From Narcine bancroftii (lineage: Eukaryota), in assembly GCF_036971445.1 (NCBI RefSeq), contig NC_091475.1:138570001-138634000 (forward strand): 64,000 bases of DNA. The letters are read 5' to 3'. A model generated the notes under the pieces. It was given only the letters and a program-made list of their open reading frames with translations. It had not been told where the DNA came from and ran no database searches. The first letter of the stretch is position 1, and each line of letters starts with the position of its first letter. Both the position numbers and the translations under genes were made by a program. This document shows positions 61,590 to 64,000 of the stretch, one piece after another.

Positions 61590-64000
61590 TGTAACACACT
61601 GCTACAGTTATAGCTCCGGGTTATTGCTCCAAAAAAAGGCTCACACTGAGAGAATGCAGTCAACACTGATTTTATTCGGCTATCTGCTCTGCCTTTTATA
61701 GGCTGACTGTCGCATCACCATGGGCGTGGCTTGTGATCTGCCGGCCCGGAATCCATTGGCTCAGATTGGACCCCCTGAGATCCACTGCGGGCGAGTGGCT
61801 GGTTTAGCCTCTGATGTTGCGGCCTATGGTAACGATCACTGCATTCAACGGCCATTTCCTGTGTTGGCCTGCAGAGTAGGCTGCGGGCTGCTACACGACC
61901 CCACCCGCCCCAGAACTAGCGATAGGATTGTTGATTTTTGGAAGCTGGCCCCTGCACCGTGGGGGTGGATGAGTAAATGGCTGGCTAAAGTTCAAGTGGG
62001 CCAGTTTTAGATGGTCGACCATGAATATCTCCTCCCTGCTGCCGATGTCCAACACGTAGGGAAAGCCGTTCAGTCTGATGATGCGGTATGAACCTTCATA
62101 AGGCTATTAGAGAGGTGGCCGATGTGCCTCACATCACACAAATACATACCCACAATCCATAAAGTTTTTGGGTCTGAAAGTTTTGGCTTGGCCATGGGCC
62201 CTGGGCTGTATAGGGGTTAGTATGCCTAAGCATTCATGCAGGCAAGGGAAGATAGCTGCCAGGAGTTCCCCATATCCTTGGATCTGGCTCTGAATTCACC
62301 TGGGATGACTAACAGCACGCCATAGACTGACTCGGCAGAACATGCCTCGAGATCCTTTTTCAGGGTAGTATGAATGCCGAAGAAGATCCAGGGAAGTTCA
62401 TCAGCCTAGTTTGGTCCAGTGAGACAGGCCATGAGAGATGTCTTCAGGTGCCTGTGAAACCTCTTCACCAACCCATTGGCCTGTGGGTAATATGCTGCAG
62501 TGCAGTGGAGTTAGGTCCCCAGGGCATTTTCCAAAGCAGCCTATAGACTGGAAATGAATTGGGCTCCCCTGTCAGATGTCAGATGTTCAGGGACACCAAA
62601 CCGTGCCACCTAGGTGTCTAACAATGCCCATACACATGCCTCTGCAATAGTTTATGCCAATAATATTGCCTTGGGCCATCTGGTCAGCCTATTGACCATG
62701 GTCAACAGATAGTGTGCCCCTGGATATTGGTAGGGTGGGCCACAATGTCTATGTATACTTGGGTGCTGGCTCGGAGGACTGGGAGGAGGGCCTTAATGTG
62801 TGTTTGAATCTTTGATGCCTGGCACTGCATGCACTGCATGCATGTTTTGGCCCACTGAGTGACCTCTTTCCAGAGGCCATGATAGACATATCTACTGGCC
62901 ACCATTTTTGTTGTCTTGATGGTGGGGTGAGCCAGATTATGGACAGAGTCAATATCCGGCTTTTCCATATGGCCAGAATGAAGGGGCAAGGCCTACTGGT
63001 CGAGATATCACGCAGCAGTGTCCGGGTACCTGGGGCGATTTGGATGTCCTCTAGTCGGAGGCTGGTGAGTGCCATCTAGTATGCTGGGGCATTGGGGTCC
63101 GCTTGCTATGCTTCAGCCAGGGCTGCATAGTCGATGCTTGGCGCGGGGTCATGCACTGCTAGTATAGCTGGTCATAATAGAGCATCAGCTACCACATTGG
63201 ACTTGTAGGCTATATGCTCAATGTCTGTTGAGAACAGGTGCTACTGCTGCCTGGCTGACTACAGATCTGAAACCTTGCTAAAAGCAAAAGTGAATGGCTT
63301 GGTGTCTGTGTAGATTTTGAACTTCCTGTCCTCCGAGAAGTAGTGGAAATGCTGCATTGCCAGGTATAATGCTAATAGCTCCATATCAAAGACACTGTAT
63401 TTGAGCTCTGGTGGCCCAAGGAGGTGTTTACTGAAAAAGTCCAGCAGCTGCCACTGTCTATAAAACAGTTGCTTAAGTACACCCCCGAACACTATGCTGG
63501 AGGCATCTACTGTGAGAGCGGTCAGGGCATCTGTCCTCAGGTGCACAGGAGGGTGGCTTTGGCCAAGGTGTCTTTAGCTGCCTGGAAAGCCTCAGCCACC
63601 TCTTTTGTCCATTCAATGTTCTTCTTGTTTCCTGTTATGAGGGGAAATGATGGGCTCATGATGCAGGCTGCTCCTGGTATAAAACGATGATTAAAAATTG
63701 ACCATGTCTGCAAACTCTTCCTTCTGCATGTGAATGGCATCCACTTTTGCAGGCAATGGCTTGGCCCAATGCGATACCCCAGGAAATCAATTGTTTCTCA
63801 GCCAAACTGGGGCTTGGCTGGATTGATGGTTAAGCCAAACTCCCTTAGCCTGGAGAACAATATTCTTAAGTGAACGGCATGCTCAGTATGATTGCGGCTG
63901 GCTATCAAAATGTCATCTAAATAAACAAAGATGAAATCCAGATCCTGGCCCACTGCATCCATTAACCTCTAGAAGGTTTGAGCTGTGTTTTTTTAATCTG
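61590..64000 (-). mobile_element. Gypsy retrotransposon (probably CsRn1-like): 3' LTR, integrase, RNase H and part of RT, truncated by the window edge
   Basis: LTR 61590-61895 (tgtaac...gctaca) followed by a C-rich tract (G-rich PPT on minus). RT DLDFIFVYLDDILIA at about 63900-63944; RNase H LTVDASS..ELLALY..IYTDTKP; integrase HNLAHP..WAKTCMQC. Stops and frameshifts throughout. Confidence 0.93.

Overview
Eukaryotic, repeat-dominated vertebrate DNA, very likely from a cartilaginous fish (shark/skate/ray). That call is inferred from HE1-type V-SINEs with CR1-derived tails plus CR1, Penelope, Rex1/Babar, Tx1 and AT-rich L1 families. I recognise no intact host gene, and almost every ORF in the supplied track is a transposon fragment or its antisense shadow. 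The window holds nested insertions, many with readable target-site duplications (TSDs): two long CR1 copies; four young RTE copies; a 2.7-kb Buster-type hAT; an IR/DR Tc1; a two-LTR, internally deleted Gypsy; two solo LTRs; a second Gypsy running off the right edge; and several Rex1, Penelope, L1/Tx1 and SINE pieces. There are four N-runs and a perfect 19-bp minisatellite. The most interesting signals are (i) a Gypsy element with no tRNA primer-binding site but a 13-nt LTR-complementary segment in that position (possible Tf1-like self-priming), (ii) an RTE insertion with a twin-priming-type 5' inversion, (iii) snap-back palindromes at LINE 5' junctions, (iv) a 41-bp hairpin whose only non-Watson-Crick pairs are G-U, and (v) scattered minus-strand exon-like segments that may belong to an unannotated host transcript. 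Family names come from motif recognition, not database searches. Boundaries without a TSD are approximate.
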